Part shown: piece by piece, positions 32,948-42,206 of the stretch | How positions within the stretch are numbered: position 1 is the first letter of the stretch | Layout of the letters: each line of letters begins with the position of its first letter | Assembly (NCBI GenBank): GCA_965240465.1 | Contig: OZ251219.1 | Location: 576,001 to 640,000 of the forward strand | Length of the DNA: 64,000 bases | Direction of reading: 5' to 3' | Source of the DNA: a bacterium | GTDB taxonomy: Bacteria; SAR324; JACQKK01 | Notes under the pieces: model-generated | What the model was told of the DNA's origin: nothing | Databases searched by the model: none | What the model saw: the letters and a program-made list of their open reading frames with translations, nothing else | Position numbers and translations under genes: made by a program

Positions 32948-33683
32948 ATTTTTCGCAGTCTTCATCGGAGAGTTCCAGACTGGAGAAGACCTGTTGTACG
33001 TCTTCGTGTTCTTCCAAAGAATCCAGCAGTTTTAGGATTTGTTTAATGCTATTTTCTTGTTTCACTGTTACAGGAGAGATTGGTAGCCATTCTAGGGCTG
33101 GTTCTATAACTTGGAAGCCATTTTTTTCCAAGTGGGAGCGTACTTTTTCCAGGGTATCAACCGCACAGAGTACCTGATATTGCCCTGATTGATCTTCTAG
33201 ATCTTCGGCCCCGGCTTCAATGGCAGTATTGGTGAGGCGTTCTTCGTCGGTGGTTTCCACTTGGAGGGTGCCGCGGCGGACGAATAGATGTCGGACGGAG
33301 TTGGCTCCTCCTAGGTGGCCGCCAAATTTGCCAAATAAGTGGCGAATGGCAGCAGCGGTGCGATTGCGATTATCGGTAAGGGTAGCGACCATAACAGCTA
33401 CTTTTTCAGGGGCATAGCCTTCATAGATGGCTTCTTCATATTCATTGCTGGTGTTGCTACCGAGTCCTTTTTTTATGGCACGTTGGACGGTATCATTGGG
33501 CATGTTATGAGAACGTGCTTGGAGCATAGCCAGTCTCAGGCGGGGATTGGCTTTAACATCTTCACCGCCGGCTCTAACGGCGGTGGTGAGTTCTCGTATC
33601 AGTTTGGTGAAGGTCTTGCCTCGTTTGGCATCTTGAGCTGCCTTACGGTGCTTGATGGTGCTCCATTTACTGTGTCCGGACAA
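32937..33683 (-). CDS. yebC: YebC/PmpR family protein (TTG start)
   Basis: SGHSKWSTIKHRK, NPRLR, YEGY, TDNRNRT, EDVQ.V. Confidence 0.95.
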   Translation of the reverse strand: MSGHSKWSTIKHRKAAQDAKRGKTFTKLIRELTTAVRAGGEDVKANPRLRLAMLQARSHNMPNDTVQRAIKKGLGSNTSNEYEEAIYEGYAPEKVAVMVATLTDNRNRTAAAIRHLFGKFGGHLGGANSVRHLFVRRGTLQVETTDEERLTNTAIEAGAEDLEDQSGQYQVLCAVDTLEKVRSHLEKNGFQVIEPALEWLPISPVTVKQENSIKQILKLLDSLEEHEDVQQVFSSLELSDEDCEKYAQ

Positions 33684-33722
33684 GGTGTGTGGTTCTCTCT
33701 TATGGTTTGCTCTTATTGAGGA

Positions 33723-34388
33723 TTAGGTTAGTTGGTCTAATCCCATTTGCCAGAAAGCTTGCTCCATGATGGTGGAGGTTTCAAATTGTTCTGCCAGCTG
33801 AGCGAATCTAGGATCCTGGGGACTAGTGACTCCTTTTTGTTCAGCGATGACTTGCATTCCTTGGGCGTGATGAGTACATAGCGATTGAAAATCATCGCTG
33901 GCGTACATTTCAATCCAGGATTGGTAGGGGTTAGAATTTTTGCTTTTTTCCAGCTGTTTGCCTATTTCGCCGTAGCCCATTACGCATGGAGACATGGCGG
34001 CGTATAGGTTCAGTAGATCGCCGCGTTGTCCGCAATCAAGGGCAAAACGAGTGTAGGCAACATTGGAGGGATGTTCAGCTACTTGCTGTGCTTCTTTTTC
34101 TGAAATGCCCCAATCCTTGCAGTATTGAACATGTAACTTGATCTCGGTGTTGATGATTACGTCCAGGGTGTGGGAAGCTCCACGCAGTTGATCCAAGGTA
34201 TCAGCCTTGAAAGCAGCCAAAGCCCAAGCCCGCCCAAAATTGAGCAGAAAGAGATAATCTTGTTTGAGATAAAATTGGAAGGCTTGTTTGGGCAAAGTGC
34301 CTTGTTCCAGTTGTTGAACGAAGGGGTGTCGGATGTAGCCTTGCCAAGCATTTTGGGTAGTATTTTTTAAGTGTTCAAATAGGTTCAT
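33723..34388 (-). CDS. tenA: Thiaminase II / TenA
   Basis: HPFV..L..GTL, YL.QDY.FL, PC..GY.EIG, Y.SWI.MY, E..FW.MG. Confidence 0.9.
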   Translation of the reverse strand: MNLFEHLKNTTQNAWQGYIRHPFVQQLEQGTLPKQAFQFYLKQDYLFLLNFGRAWALAAFKADTLDQLRGASHTLDVIINTEIKLHVQYCKDWGISEKEAQQVAEHPSNVAYTRFALDCGQRGDLLNLYAAMSPCVMGYGEIGKQLEKSKNSNPYQSWIEMYASDDFQSLCTHHAQGMQVIAEQKGVTSPQDPRFAQLAEQFETSTIMEQAFWQMGLDQLT

Positions 34389-34417
34389 ATTCTTAGGTAT
34401 AAGATAAGATTAAGCAT

Positions 34418-35537
34418 CTAAATATCAGATAACAAAGCTTGTTGGATGAAGCTATTTAAACTTCCGTTGAGTACTTTTTCGGCATTGCCGGTTTCATAAA
34501 GAGTACGGTGATCTTTCACCATTTGATAGGGGTGCAGCACATAGCTTCTGATCTGACTGCCCCAGGCAATTCTTTGTTTGCTAGCGTCTTGTTTTTTTCT
34601 TTCTTGTTCCAGACGCTGTTGTTGGGCTTCATAAAGGCGAATGTTTAAGACCTTGAGGGCTCGGAGCCGATTTTTGTGTTGTGAACGATCGTTTTGACAC
34701 TGAACTACAATTCCGCTGGGTAAATGGGTGATACGCACCGCAGAATCGGTAGTGTTGACATGCTGACCCCCAGCTCCTTGGGCTCGGAAAGTATCTATTT
34801 TCAAGTCTGCCTCGTTCATCTTGATCTCTATCTTACGCTCTACATCAGGATATGCAAACACAGACGCAAACGAAGTGTGGCGACGCTTACTAGCATCAAA
34901 TGGAGAAATACGCACTAGACGATGTACTCCAGTTTCTCCTCTCAGATAACCATAAGCATATTCTCCATTGACCTGTAAAGTAGCCGATTTAACCCCTGCC
35001 TCCTCTCCTGCTTGAACATCCAGGAGCTCGCAAGTAAAGAGATTATTCTCCACCCAGCGTTGATACATACGCAACAACATATTAGCCCAATCAGCAGCCT
35101 CAGCACCACCAGCCCCCGCATGCAAAACCAACAATGCATTGTTGACATCATACCGACCATTGAGCAAAATCCTTATTTCTAAAGCCTCAATTTGGGTTTC
35201 CAAGCTCTTCTTAAGCAAGGGCAATTCTCCTAAGAGCTCACCGCTTTCTTGACTAAGGGCAATTCCGCTTTCTAAATCGCCCAACCCCTGCTGTAATTTA
35301 TGCCAATCACCACTCCTTGATTTACCAGCCCGTAATTCCTTCAGTATGTCTTTACGCTGATCGGCAGTCTGTTGCCAAAAATCATTGGCACTCGCTTGTT
35401 GCTCTAGTTCTTGCAGTCTGCAGGCGAGCTTTAAAGGGTCAAAGATGCCTTTCCAGCAACTGAGCTCGCTGCTTCAATCCTTGCCAGTATCCTTGGTACT
35501 CAACCAAATGTTCCAAATCAGCAACTGCTTTTTTCAT
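34418..35537 (-). CDS. prfB: Peptide chain release factor 2, translated via programmed +1 frameshift
   Basis: SPF and GGQ motifs; ORF1 MKKAVAD...LERHL ends in CTT-TGA-C at 35444..35438 and continues DPLKL... in +1 frame; GGAG RBS before ATG 35537. Confidence 0.95.
35438..35454 (-). other. prfB frameshift site (GGAAAGG-CAT-CTT-TGA-C)
   Basis: Canonical slippery CTT TGA C with an upstream SD-like sequence. Confidence 0.9.
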
Positions 35538-35609
35538 TGGTACTTGCTCCTATCTAGCCAGTGTCTACCACGTTTTCTCGGGTAATAAAAATTATTGCCA
35601 AACAGAAAC

Positions 35610-35638
35610 TTGACCTTTTTAGCTTAATCCATTATATT
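35610..35638 (+). promoter_or_regulatory. Putative sigma70 promoter of the lysis-like cassette
   Basis: TTGACC-N17-TATATT, ~60 bp upstream of ATG 35701. Confidence 0.5.
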
Positions 35639-35700
35639 AAATATACCGCACACTAAATTTTTATTTAATAGGGCTTTCTTAACCATAAATTAAGTAGACC

Positions 35701-36210
35701 ATGTGCCAATTATCTAATAATTTTAACCTCCATGAATTCACCCTTTCTCAAACTGCCTCCCGATTAGAAATAGCAGTCAATGTCCCCCCCGAAAGTGCCA
35801 TTTTCCAAGCCTTACAAAAATTATGCACTCAAGTCCTGCAACCCCTCAGGGATTCCCTAGGACGAGTTATTCATATAACCTCGGGGTATCGTCCCCCAGC
35901 CCTGAATCGCCATATTGGTGGATCCAAACGGTCTCAACACATGCGAGGAGAAGCCGCTGATATTGTGGTCGGTGGCATGAACCCCTTGGAAGTATGTCAG
36001 GCGATCGTGCGTTTGAACCTTCCCTTTGATCAGCTAATTCACGAATTTGGACGCTGGACTCATGTCTCGGTGGCCCCAGAACATCGCTCCGAACGCGGTC
36101 AAACTCTTACTGCTTGGAAAAATCCTTCCTTGAAGAAAACTGAGTACTTACAGGGCTTGAGCTCTATCTCGGAGATAGAAAATGCTCACATAGCTGGTAG
36201 AGCCAGCTAA
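35701..36210 (+). CDS. Peptidase M15A zinc peptidase, phage endolysin-like
   Basis: LS.NF.L.EF, VLQPLRD, ITSGYR, SQH..GEAADI, WTHVS; no signal peptide. Confidence 0.85.
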   Translation: MCQLSNNFNLHEFTLSQTASRLEIAVNVPPESAIFQALQKLCTQVLQPLRDSLGRVIHITSGYRPPALNRHIGGSKRSQHMRGEAADIVVGGMNPLEVCQAIVRLNLPFDQLIHEFGRWTHVSVAPEHRSERGQTLTAWKNPSLKKTEYLQGLSSISEIENAHIAGRAS

Positions 36211-36237
36211 TTATTTTTCATTTTTCAGGAAAACACC

Positions 36238-36639
36238 ATGCTCGGTAAATTAACTAAATCACTTGGTCCGATAACCAAATTGGTGGATGAAATTCATCTT
36301 TCTGGAGAGGAGAAATTAAAGTTTCGCCAAGCCATGTTTGAAGCTGGTTCTGAACTAGCTCAAGAAACATTAGCTTATGAAAAGGCTTCCTTGGAGGCTC
36401 ATTCTAAAATGTTGCTGGCTGAAAGTACCGGGCAAAGCTGGTTGCAACGCAATTGGCGTCCGATAACCATGCTGGTTTTTTTGGTATTAGTCATTTGCGA
36501 TGCCTTTGATATTTTGCCCTTTCGGCTGGCAGATCAAGCTTGGACGCTCTTACAGGTAGGATTAGGAGGCTATGTAGTTGGTCGCAGTGCTGAAAAAATG
36601 ATTCCCAGCCTAGCCCGATTAATACCCCCAAGGAAATAA
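36238..36639 (+). CDS. Holin (3TM, gene-transfer-release/GTA holin family-like)
   Basis: S.EEKL, AE....WLQRNWRP, TM segments, GLGGYVVGRSAEK. Confidence 0.75.
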   Translation: MLGKLTKSLGPITKLVDEIHLSGEEKLKFRQAMFEAGSELAQETLAYEKASLEAHSKMLLAESTGQSWLQRNWRPITMLVFLVLVICDAFDILPFRLADQAWTLLQVGLGGYVVGRSAEKMIPSLARLIPPRK

Positions 36640-36643
36640 TCAA

Positions 36644-36940
36644 ATGGATGGTTTAACTTTTTGGAGGGCTCTAGCTACTTTTTCCGCCTTGGTTTCGCTG
36701 TGGGGAGGATTGTTATTTTGGGCGGTTCGCTCCATGCTGGACAGCCGATTTAGAAGCCTTGACAGCAGGGAAAGCCGCTTAGAACAAAATATGCTACGGG
36801 TGGAGAAATCGCTTTTGCACCTAAGAGCCGAGCTACCACTGGAGTACGTGCTTAAAGAAGATGCCATCCGCCAAGAAGTGATCTTTCAAAGGAGATTGGA
36901 TACCTTATCCTCCAAGCTAGACCAGCTCCGAAGCGTTTAA
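36644..36940 (+). CDS. Phage-like membrane-anchored coiled-coil protein (resembles Mu-like lysis-region proteins)
   Basis: N-terminal TM, coiled coil, LRAELPLEYV.KED.IR...LD motif recalled from Mu-like phages. Confidence 0.55.
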   Translation: MDGLTFWRALATFSALVSLWGGLLFWAVRSMLDSRFRSLDSRESRLEQNMLRVEKSLLHLRAELPLEYVLKEDAIRQEVIFQRRLDTLSSKLDQLRSV

Positions 36941-37836
36941 CGCCAATCAAGTCGTTCCCGAGTTTTAGATTTGGCATTGGGGGAGTTAGATTTATCGGGA
37001 TGCTGGGGAGTATCTGGTGACTGGGGGAGTGGTTTTTCTGGGGGGGTTGGTGAGGTTGGGGGGTTTGAGGGGTTTGAGGGGGTTTTTAATCTTTCCATCA
37101 GAGTACGTTTTAGGGAGGGTAATTTTTTTTCTAGCGATTTAACTTGTTCTAGGGCTAGACGGGTTTGGGGTGCTTGGTAGGGGGAGTGTTGTAGATTTTG
37201 GAGGGCTTCCCAGCTGGCACGCAGTACTGCTATGCCTTCGTGAAGATTTTGATCGGGGACTGGAGCTTCTAAATGCAAGGGGGAGCGATATTGATGGAGG
37301 GCTTTTAGCACTTGTCGGTAGCTAGCCCGAGGGGTATCGCCGCAGGCAGATTCCCAGATTTGCTGACGTGCTTCGGGGTTGCGTACATAAGCGAGTTTGA
37401 GGGCATTGCTCCAACCGTAACGCCGCAGTTCGGCTTCTCCAGTCAGACGATTTTGGGGATTTAGCAGCTGATAGCTTTCGGCTACGATGCATAATTCGCT
37501 TATTCGGCGGAAATCCCAATCTACATGTTTAGCTAGCCAATCACGCTGATCCTTGGGATTGGGGAGGTTGGCCTTAACCGTTAGCACGATCCGCAACATG
37601 GAAGGAGCTAGGACGATAACAGCCTGATCTATTTTTTCTCTTCCTTGGTTAACATAGGAGACTTCATCCATCAGTTCCGAGGATTCCTCCCAGTTGAACA
37701 ATATTTCCTTTGGAGACAGTTGCAGGTTTTTATTCCAGATTTGCAGTGAGGAAGCTGAGTCTGGACGACCTCCAGCCAGCGAGTTTTGTTCTGGTGGTCT
37801 AAGAGCAGATTGGGCGGGTAGTATGCGTCGGGCCAT
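36937..37836 (-). CDS. Hypothetical ParA-partner protein (possible HTH, DUF3102-like segment)
   Basis: Downstream of parA; LP......WL..HV....RR pattern; Pro-rich tail; no ParB GxRR box. Confidence 0.5.
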   Translation of the reverse strand: MARRILPAQSALRPPEQNSLAGGRPDSASSLQIWNKNLQLSPKEILFNWEESSELMDEVSYVNQGREKIDQAVIVLAPSMLRIVLTVKANLPNPKDQRDWLAKHVDWDFRRISELCIVAESYQLLNPQNRLTGEAELRRYGWSNALKLAYVRNPEARQQIWESACGDTPRASYRQVLKALHQYRSPLHLEAPVPDQNLHEGIAVLRASWEALQNLQHSPYQAPQTRLALEQVKSLEKKLPSLKRTLMERLKTPSNPSNPPTSPTPPEKPLPQSPDTPQHPDKSNSPNAKSKTRERLDWR

Positions 37837-37954
37837 GTGAGAATTCCTAGTAGTAGTTTTAGACGGTATTGTATTTAAGCAGCGTTGTTTTTAGACAGGG
37901 TTGTTTTTAGCAGGGCAGGTTGTGAAAAATTAAGGAGGATTAAGAAGAGGAGGA

Positions 37955-38737
37955 TTAAGAAGCTTTCGGCTGCCATTTTTCCAGCATGCGTAGGTGGATT
38001 TCCTTAACCAGCTGAGTATAGCAAGTGCGAGCTCGGTTATCTTGGGCTTCCAGGGGAGTGAGGTGGTTCTGAGCCGCGCTAGCGATGGCAGTAGCCAGGG
38101 GGATGGTGGCAGAGAACAATAGCTGAGGAAAGTTTTTTTGTAAGGTTTCCTTGTTGAGACGATTTTGGGTAACTCCCTCCCGATGCAAGGTAATGGCGAT
38201 CCCCAATAACCGACAGGAAACTTTGCGCGAGCGTTGAAAGAACTCCAGATAGTTAAGCAGATTGCCGATTCCCGTTAGGGATAAATAATCGGTATGGGTG
38301 GGAATAATGATGAAATCAGCTAGCATGAGTACATTATCATTGATTAGCGATAAAGTAGGTGGCAAATCCCAGATGACCAAGCTATGGGGATCCAGTTCGG
38401 GGAGAATGCGGTCTCTGAGGCAAGTTTCTGGAGACTCCAGCTGGTGCATTTGTTTTTCTGCTTCATAGAGATGTAGGCGTCCTGATTCTATCACATAGAA
38501 AGGGGCAGAAGGGCGATATTGTACTAAGTCCAGGGTGTCTGAGGCACCATAGAGGAATCCTCCGAGGGTGTTGGGAGTTTGTAGGTTCAGGGAAATGGCG
38601 ACATTGCCTTGGTTATCGGCATCTATAAGAACCACCTCCCGCTGAGGATTGGCTAGGGCATATTGATGCGAGAGGGCAATAGCCAGAGTAGTTTTTCCGG
38701 AGCCTCCCTTGGCGGAAAGTACTGCGATATGGATCAT
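37955..38737 (-). CDS. ParA/Soj-family ATPase
   Basis: Deviant Walker A KGGSGKTT, LIDAD.QGN, WDLPP.L, AD..IIP. Confidence 0.9.
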   Translation of the reverse strand: MIHIAVLSAKGGSGKTTLAIALSHQYALANPQREVVLIDADNQGNVAISLNLQTPNTLGGFLYGASDTLDLVQYRPSAPFYVIESGRLHLYEAEKQMHQLESPETCLRDRILPELDPHSLVIWDLPPTLSLINDNVLMLADFIIIPTHTDYLSLTGIGNLLNYLEFFQRSRKVSCRLLGIAITLHREGVTQNRLNKETLQKNFPQLLFSATIPLATAIASAAQNHLTPLEAQDNRARTCYTQLVKEIHLRMLEKWQPKAS

Positions 38738-38879
38738 CTTAATTTCAGCAAGATTTTTAATTTGGAACTAATAAGGCTAATAAAATTTAGTTGAGCTACA
38801 TGTTTATCGGTGAGTAATGCCTACTTTTGAGTGCTATTGCGAGTGTTATTGCGGGTGTGATCGGCGTGGTGCTAGCTAA

Positions 38880-38952
38880 AGCGGAAGACGGGGTTCGAAC
38901 CCGCGACCCTCAGCTTGGGAAGCTGATGCTCTACCAACTGAGCTACTCCCGC
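38880..38952 (-). tRNA. tRNA-Gly(CCC), CCA not encoded
   Basis: GCGGGAGTAGCTCAGTTGGTAGAGCATCAGCTTCCCAAGCTGAGGGTCGCGGGTTCGAACCCCGTCTTCCGCT folds as a cloverleaf with anticodon CCC. Confidence 0.95.
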
Positions 38953-39004
38953 GAGACTTCCACATTGTAGCATTTCTCTTTCTTAAAGAACCGCAGAAAT
39001 TTTG

Positions 39005-40819
39005 TTAGCTGACCGTCACCGACTTGGCAAGATTACGAGGTTTATCTATAGAACGCCCCAGTTTAAGGGCAGTGAAATATGCCAGCAATTGTCCCATAAT
39101 CATTTGCAACAAGGGGGAAAGCAGGGGGTTAACCGAGGGCAACGACATCCCATGGTGCAATAATTTGGCAGCTGAGGAATCTTCTTGATGATAAAAGCCC
39201 AAGCATTGTCCTTTCCTCGCCCGCACCTCTTCTAAGGCAGAAAGAGAGGAGTCATAGTGATCTTCCTTCGGGGATGGCAACAGAAAAACATTGAGCATGT
39301 TTTTATCCACCATGGCTAGGGCTCCGTGCTTGAGAAAACCAGCTGGCATGCCCTCTATGTGAAGATAAGTTATCTCCTTTAATTTGAGGGCAGTTTCCAA
39401 AGCAGCTGGATAGTGCAGGGATCGCCCCAACAAAAGCCAATTAGGATAATCCACACTTTTATTGGCTAGCTCACGGAGTACCCCAGAGCGTTCATTGAGG
39501 GTGCGTCCCACCAATTCAGGAAAAACTTCCATGTCTTTGAGAAGTTGCTGATAGTCTTTTTTACGGAGCTCATCAGTCTGTAGACCCACTTCAGCTGCCA
39601 GCCTTAGCAGAATGAATGTTTGGGCTAAAGCAGCCTTAGTGGATACCACGCAAATCTCCGGTCCCGAACCCTGTAAGACGGTCATATCTGCATCCAGACT
39701 GAGAGAAGAACCAATCATATTGACGATGGCTGCGGTAAAAGCTCCCTTCTTTTTGGCAGTCAAGATGGCTTGTCGGGTATCATGGGTTTCTCCCGATTGG
39801 GAAATTCCTAGCACTAGATCCCCAGATTTGGGGATGATCAGGTGATTGAATTCATCAGAGTTAACGGCTGGGGTAAACAATCCGCTTAAACGAGCAAATA
39901 AGTACTGACCAAGCATGGCTACATAATGAGTGGTGCCTACTCCCACCAGAAAAATGCGTTTAGCTTTTAGCAATTGTTTAGTGAGCTGCTGGATCTCATC
40001 GGGTGCGGCTACCAGAGCATTTTGTAGAGTCTCTGGTTGCTCAAAAATTTCCTTTAGCATGTAGTGAGCATGATCACCCTTGCGAGTAGTTTCCACCTCC
40101 CATTGAATTTGAAAGGGAGTTCTTTGGACAGGAGAACGATCTTTCAAACGATGGAGCTGTATTTGCTGAGGGGTAAGTATGGCATATTCGCCATCTTCCA
40201 TCACCAAGGCGGTACGGGTGATAGGAAGCAGGGCATGAATGTCCGAGGCCACACAATTGCTGTTTTTGCCTAGTCCCAGTACCAAGGGAGCTCCCTTACG
40301 AACACAGAACAAGGTTTGTGGCTGCTGGAGGTTGATAAAGCAAAAGGAGAAATTTCCCTGCAAGGCTTGGCAAGTTTTCAGTAAAGCCTCCGATGTCTTG
40401 TTCGGCTGATGATTAACCGCCAGTAAATTAACTATCACCTCAGTATCGGTTTCAGAACTGAATGTAACTCCTTGCTGTTCCAGCTGAGAACGGAGCTCAT
40501 TGTAATTGTGAATAATGCCATTATGCACCAAAGCAAAATTACCATCATGAGAAAGATGAGGATGAGCATTAGCCTGAGATACTCCACCATGAGTAGCCCA
40601 GCGGGTGTGAGCAATTCCCAGATAGCCCCGCATTAGGTCCAGTCTTTCGCTCTCAATTACGCTGGTTACGTCACCAGCTTGCTTGCGAACTTCTATTTTA
40701 CCTTCGTGCAGGGTAGCTATCCCGCAGGAGTCATAACCGCGATATTCCAAATGACGTAGTGATTCCAGCAACACCGCGTTCATTTCAGTTTCAGCAGTGA
40801 TTCCTACAATGCCGCACAT
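39005..40819 (-). CDS. glmS: Glutamine--fructose-6-phosphate transaminase
   Basis: MCGIVG, LEYRGYDS, HTRWATHG, SQSGET, LKHG, DKPRNLAKSVTV. Confidence 0.97.
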   Translation of the reverse strand: MCGIVGITAETEMNAVLLESLRHLEYRGYDSCGIATLHEGKIEVRKQAGDVTSVIESERLDLMRGYLGIAHTRWATHGGVSQANAHPHLSHDGNFALVHNGIIHNYNELRSQLEQQGVTFSSETDTEVIVNLLAVNHQPNKTSEALLKTCQALQGNFSFCFINLQQPQTLFCVRKGAPLVLGLGKNSNCVASDIHALLPITRTALVMEDGEYAILTPQQIQLHRLKDRSPVQRTPFQIQWEVETTRKGDHAHYMLKEIFEQPETLQNALVAAPDEIQQLTKQLLKAKRIFLVGVGTTHYVAMLGQYLFARLSGLFTPAVNSDEFNHLIIPKSGDLVLGISQSGETHDTRQAILTAKKKGAFTAAIVNMIGSSLSLDADMTVLQGSGPEICVVSTKAALAQTFILLRLAAEVGLQTDELRKKDYQQLLKDMEVFPELVGRTLNERSGVLRELANKSVDYPNWLLLGRSLHYPAALETALKLKEITYLHIEGMPAGFLKHGALAMVDKNMLNVFLLPSPKEDHYDSSLSALEEVRARKGQCLGFYHQEDSSAAKLLHHGMSLPSVNPLLSPLLQMIMGQLLAYFTALKLGRSIDKPRNLAKSVTVS

Positions 40820-40827
40820 GTTGCTAT

Positions 40828-42060
40828 CTATTTACTACTTCGTACTAAGGATGAAAGGGTTAATAGGTCTTTGATCTGGCTACCACTAGCCACCACGGTA
40901 CCCGGAGCCAGCACATGACGTGCTCCTAGCCAGACATCATCTCCGATGAAAGCTCCCAGCTTTTGCTGACCGCTATCAAGGGAATCGGTCTCAGTGGTGA
41001 CAGTAATAGTACCTCCCGCAGAAGTGTTGTTCACGGTAGTCACCCCAGTGCCGATGTGAGTGCGTTCCCCGATCACGCTTTCGGCAATGAAGGATAATCG
41101 CCCTACCTCAACCTGAGGTAGCAGAACGCAATTTTTCAATTCGCTACCATAGCCCACCGAACACTTTTCATGGATGGAAGTGTACTCTCGGATCAGGGTA
41201 TTATTGCCGATAAAGCAGCCTGCTCCAATCCAGCAAGGACCGCATAAAACGCTACCTGGGCGAATATGAGCTCCGTCTTCAATATGTACTGCTCCTTCAA
41301 TACGCACTTCTCCTTCCAGACGAACATTTTTACTGATTACCGCGTGGTTCCAATCGCTCATTAGCATGCGGTTGGCTTCTAAAATATGCCAAGGACGACG
41401 CAGTTCAACCCATTCTCCCTCCCACCTGACACCATGCAGACGACCCTGAGAAACTAGCTCCTTCAGGCTTGAAGCCATGTCTCCTTGGTTTTTTTTAAGT
41501 ATGGTAAAGAAATCTATTTCCAGCAGATAAAAGCCTGCCAGCACATGATTGGCTCTTTCTCGGTCTTGAGGTTTTTCCTCAAAACGCTGAATAAGCATAT
41601 CGCTACCCATGTAGACGGTACCGAATTCACCAGACATGGGAGGCAATGCCAAGGCGGCTACCGAGCCTCCTGATTCTGCATGTTGGTCTAGCATGGTAGG
41701 AAAGGGATTTCCGCTCGCCAACACGTCGCCATAGACAAGCAAAAAAGGCTCACCACCCAAGGATTTACCTCGCAAAGATTCCTCTGCCAGCTGCAAGGCA
41801 GTGCCAATGCCACTAGAAGTTTTTTGCTCCAGATATCTGAGCTGCATGCTGTGGCTGTTCCCATTTTTGAACTGATCATAAATGACCTGTTTTTGATGTC
41901 CCACCACCAAGTACACTTCAGTAACTCCTACCTCACGCAATTGGGACAGGGTTTTTTCCAGCAACGGACTCCCAACCACCGGCAACATGCATTTCGGGCG
42001 GGCGGCCCCAAAAGGAAATAAATGACCCCCAGCTTTGGCAGTTAAAATGACAGCTTTCAT
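40828..42060 (-). CDS. Archaeal-type bifunctional sugar-1-phosphate nucleotidyl/acetyltransferase (GlmU-like)
   Basis: MKAVIL..., RPK.ML, YGD, PW.ILEAN, hexapeptide repeats, SG.QKLGAFIGD; directly upstream of glmS. Confidence 0.75.
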   Translation of the reverse strand: MKAVILTAKAGGHLFPFGAARPKCMLPVVGSPLLEKTLSQLREVGVTEVYLVVGHQKQVIYDQFKNGNSHSMQLRYLEQKTSSGIGTALQLAEESLRGKSLGGEPFLLVYGDVLASGNPFPTMLDQHAESGGSVAALALPPMSGEFGTVYMGSDMLIQRFEEKPQDRERANHVLAGFYLLEIDFFTILKKNQGDMASSLKELVSQGRLHGVRWEGEWVELRRPWHILEANRMLMSDWNHAVISKNVRLEGEVRIEGAVHIEDGAHIRPGSVLCGPCWIGAGCFIGNNTLIREYTSIHEKCSVGYGSELKNCVLLPQVEVGRLSFIAESVIGERTHIGTGVTTVNNTSAGGTITVTTETDSLDSGQQKLGAFIGDDVWLGARHVLAPGTVVASGSQIKDLLTLSSLVRSSK

Positions 42061-42206
42061 AGTTCACGCCCAGGTGACAACATTAAGTGGATAAGTAAAT
42101 AAGCCAAGCATTCCAGTCAATCGCAGCCGCTATCCACAGATGGAGCCATGGATGGAGCCACAGATGGAGCCATGGATGGAACCATGGATAAAAAATAGTC
42201 TCATCA

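Noticed and set aside
34418-35284. Truncated or pseudogenised prfB
   Set aside because: Explained by the canonical programmed +1 frameshift
35540-35700. att site duplicating the tRNA-Gly 3' end
   Set aside because: No matching direct repeat found by eye
35701-38737. Intact prophage or GTA cluster
   Set aside because: No structural, packaging, integrase or replication genes
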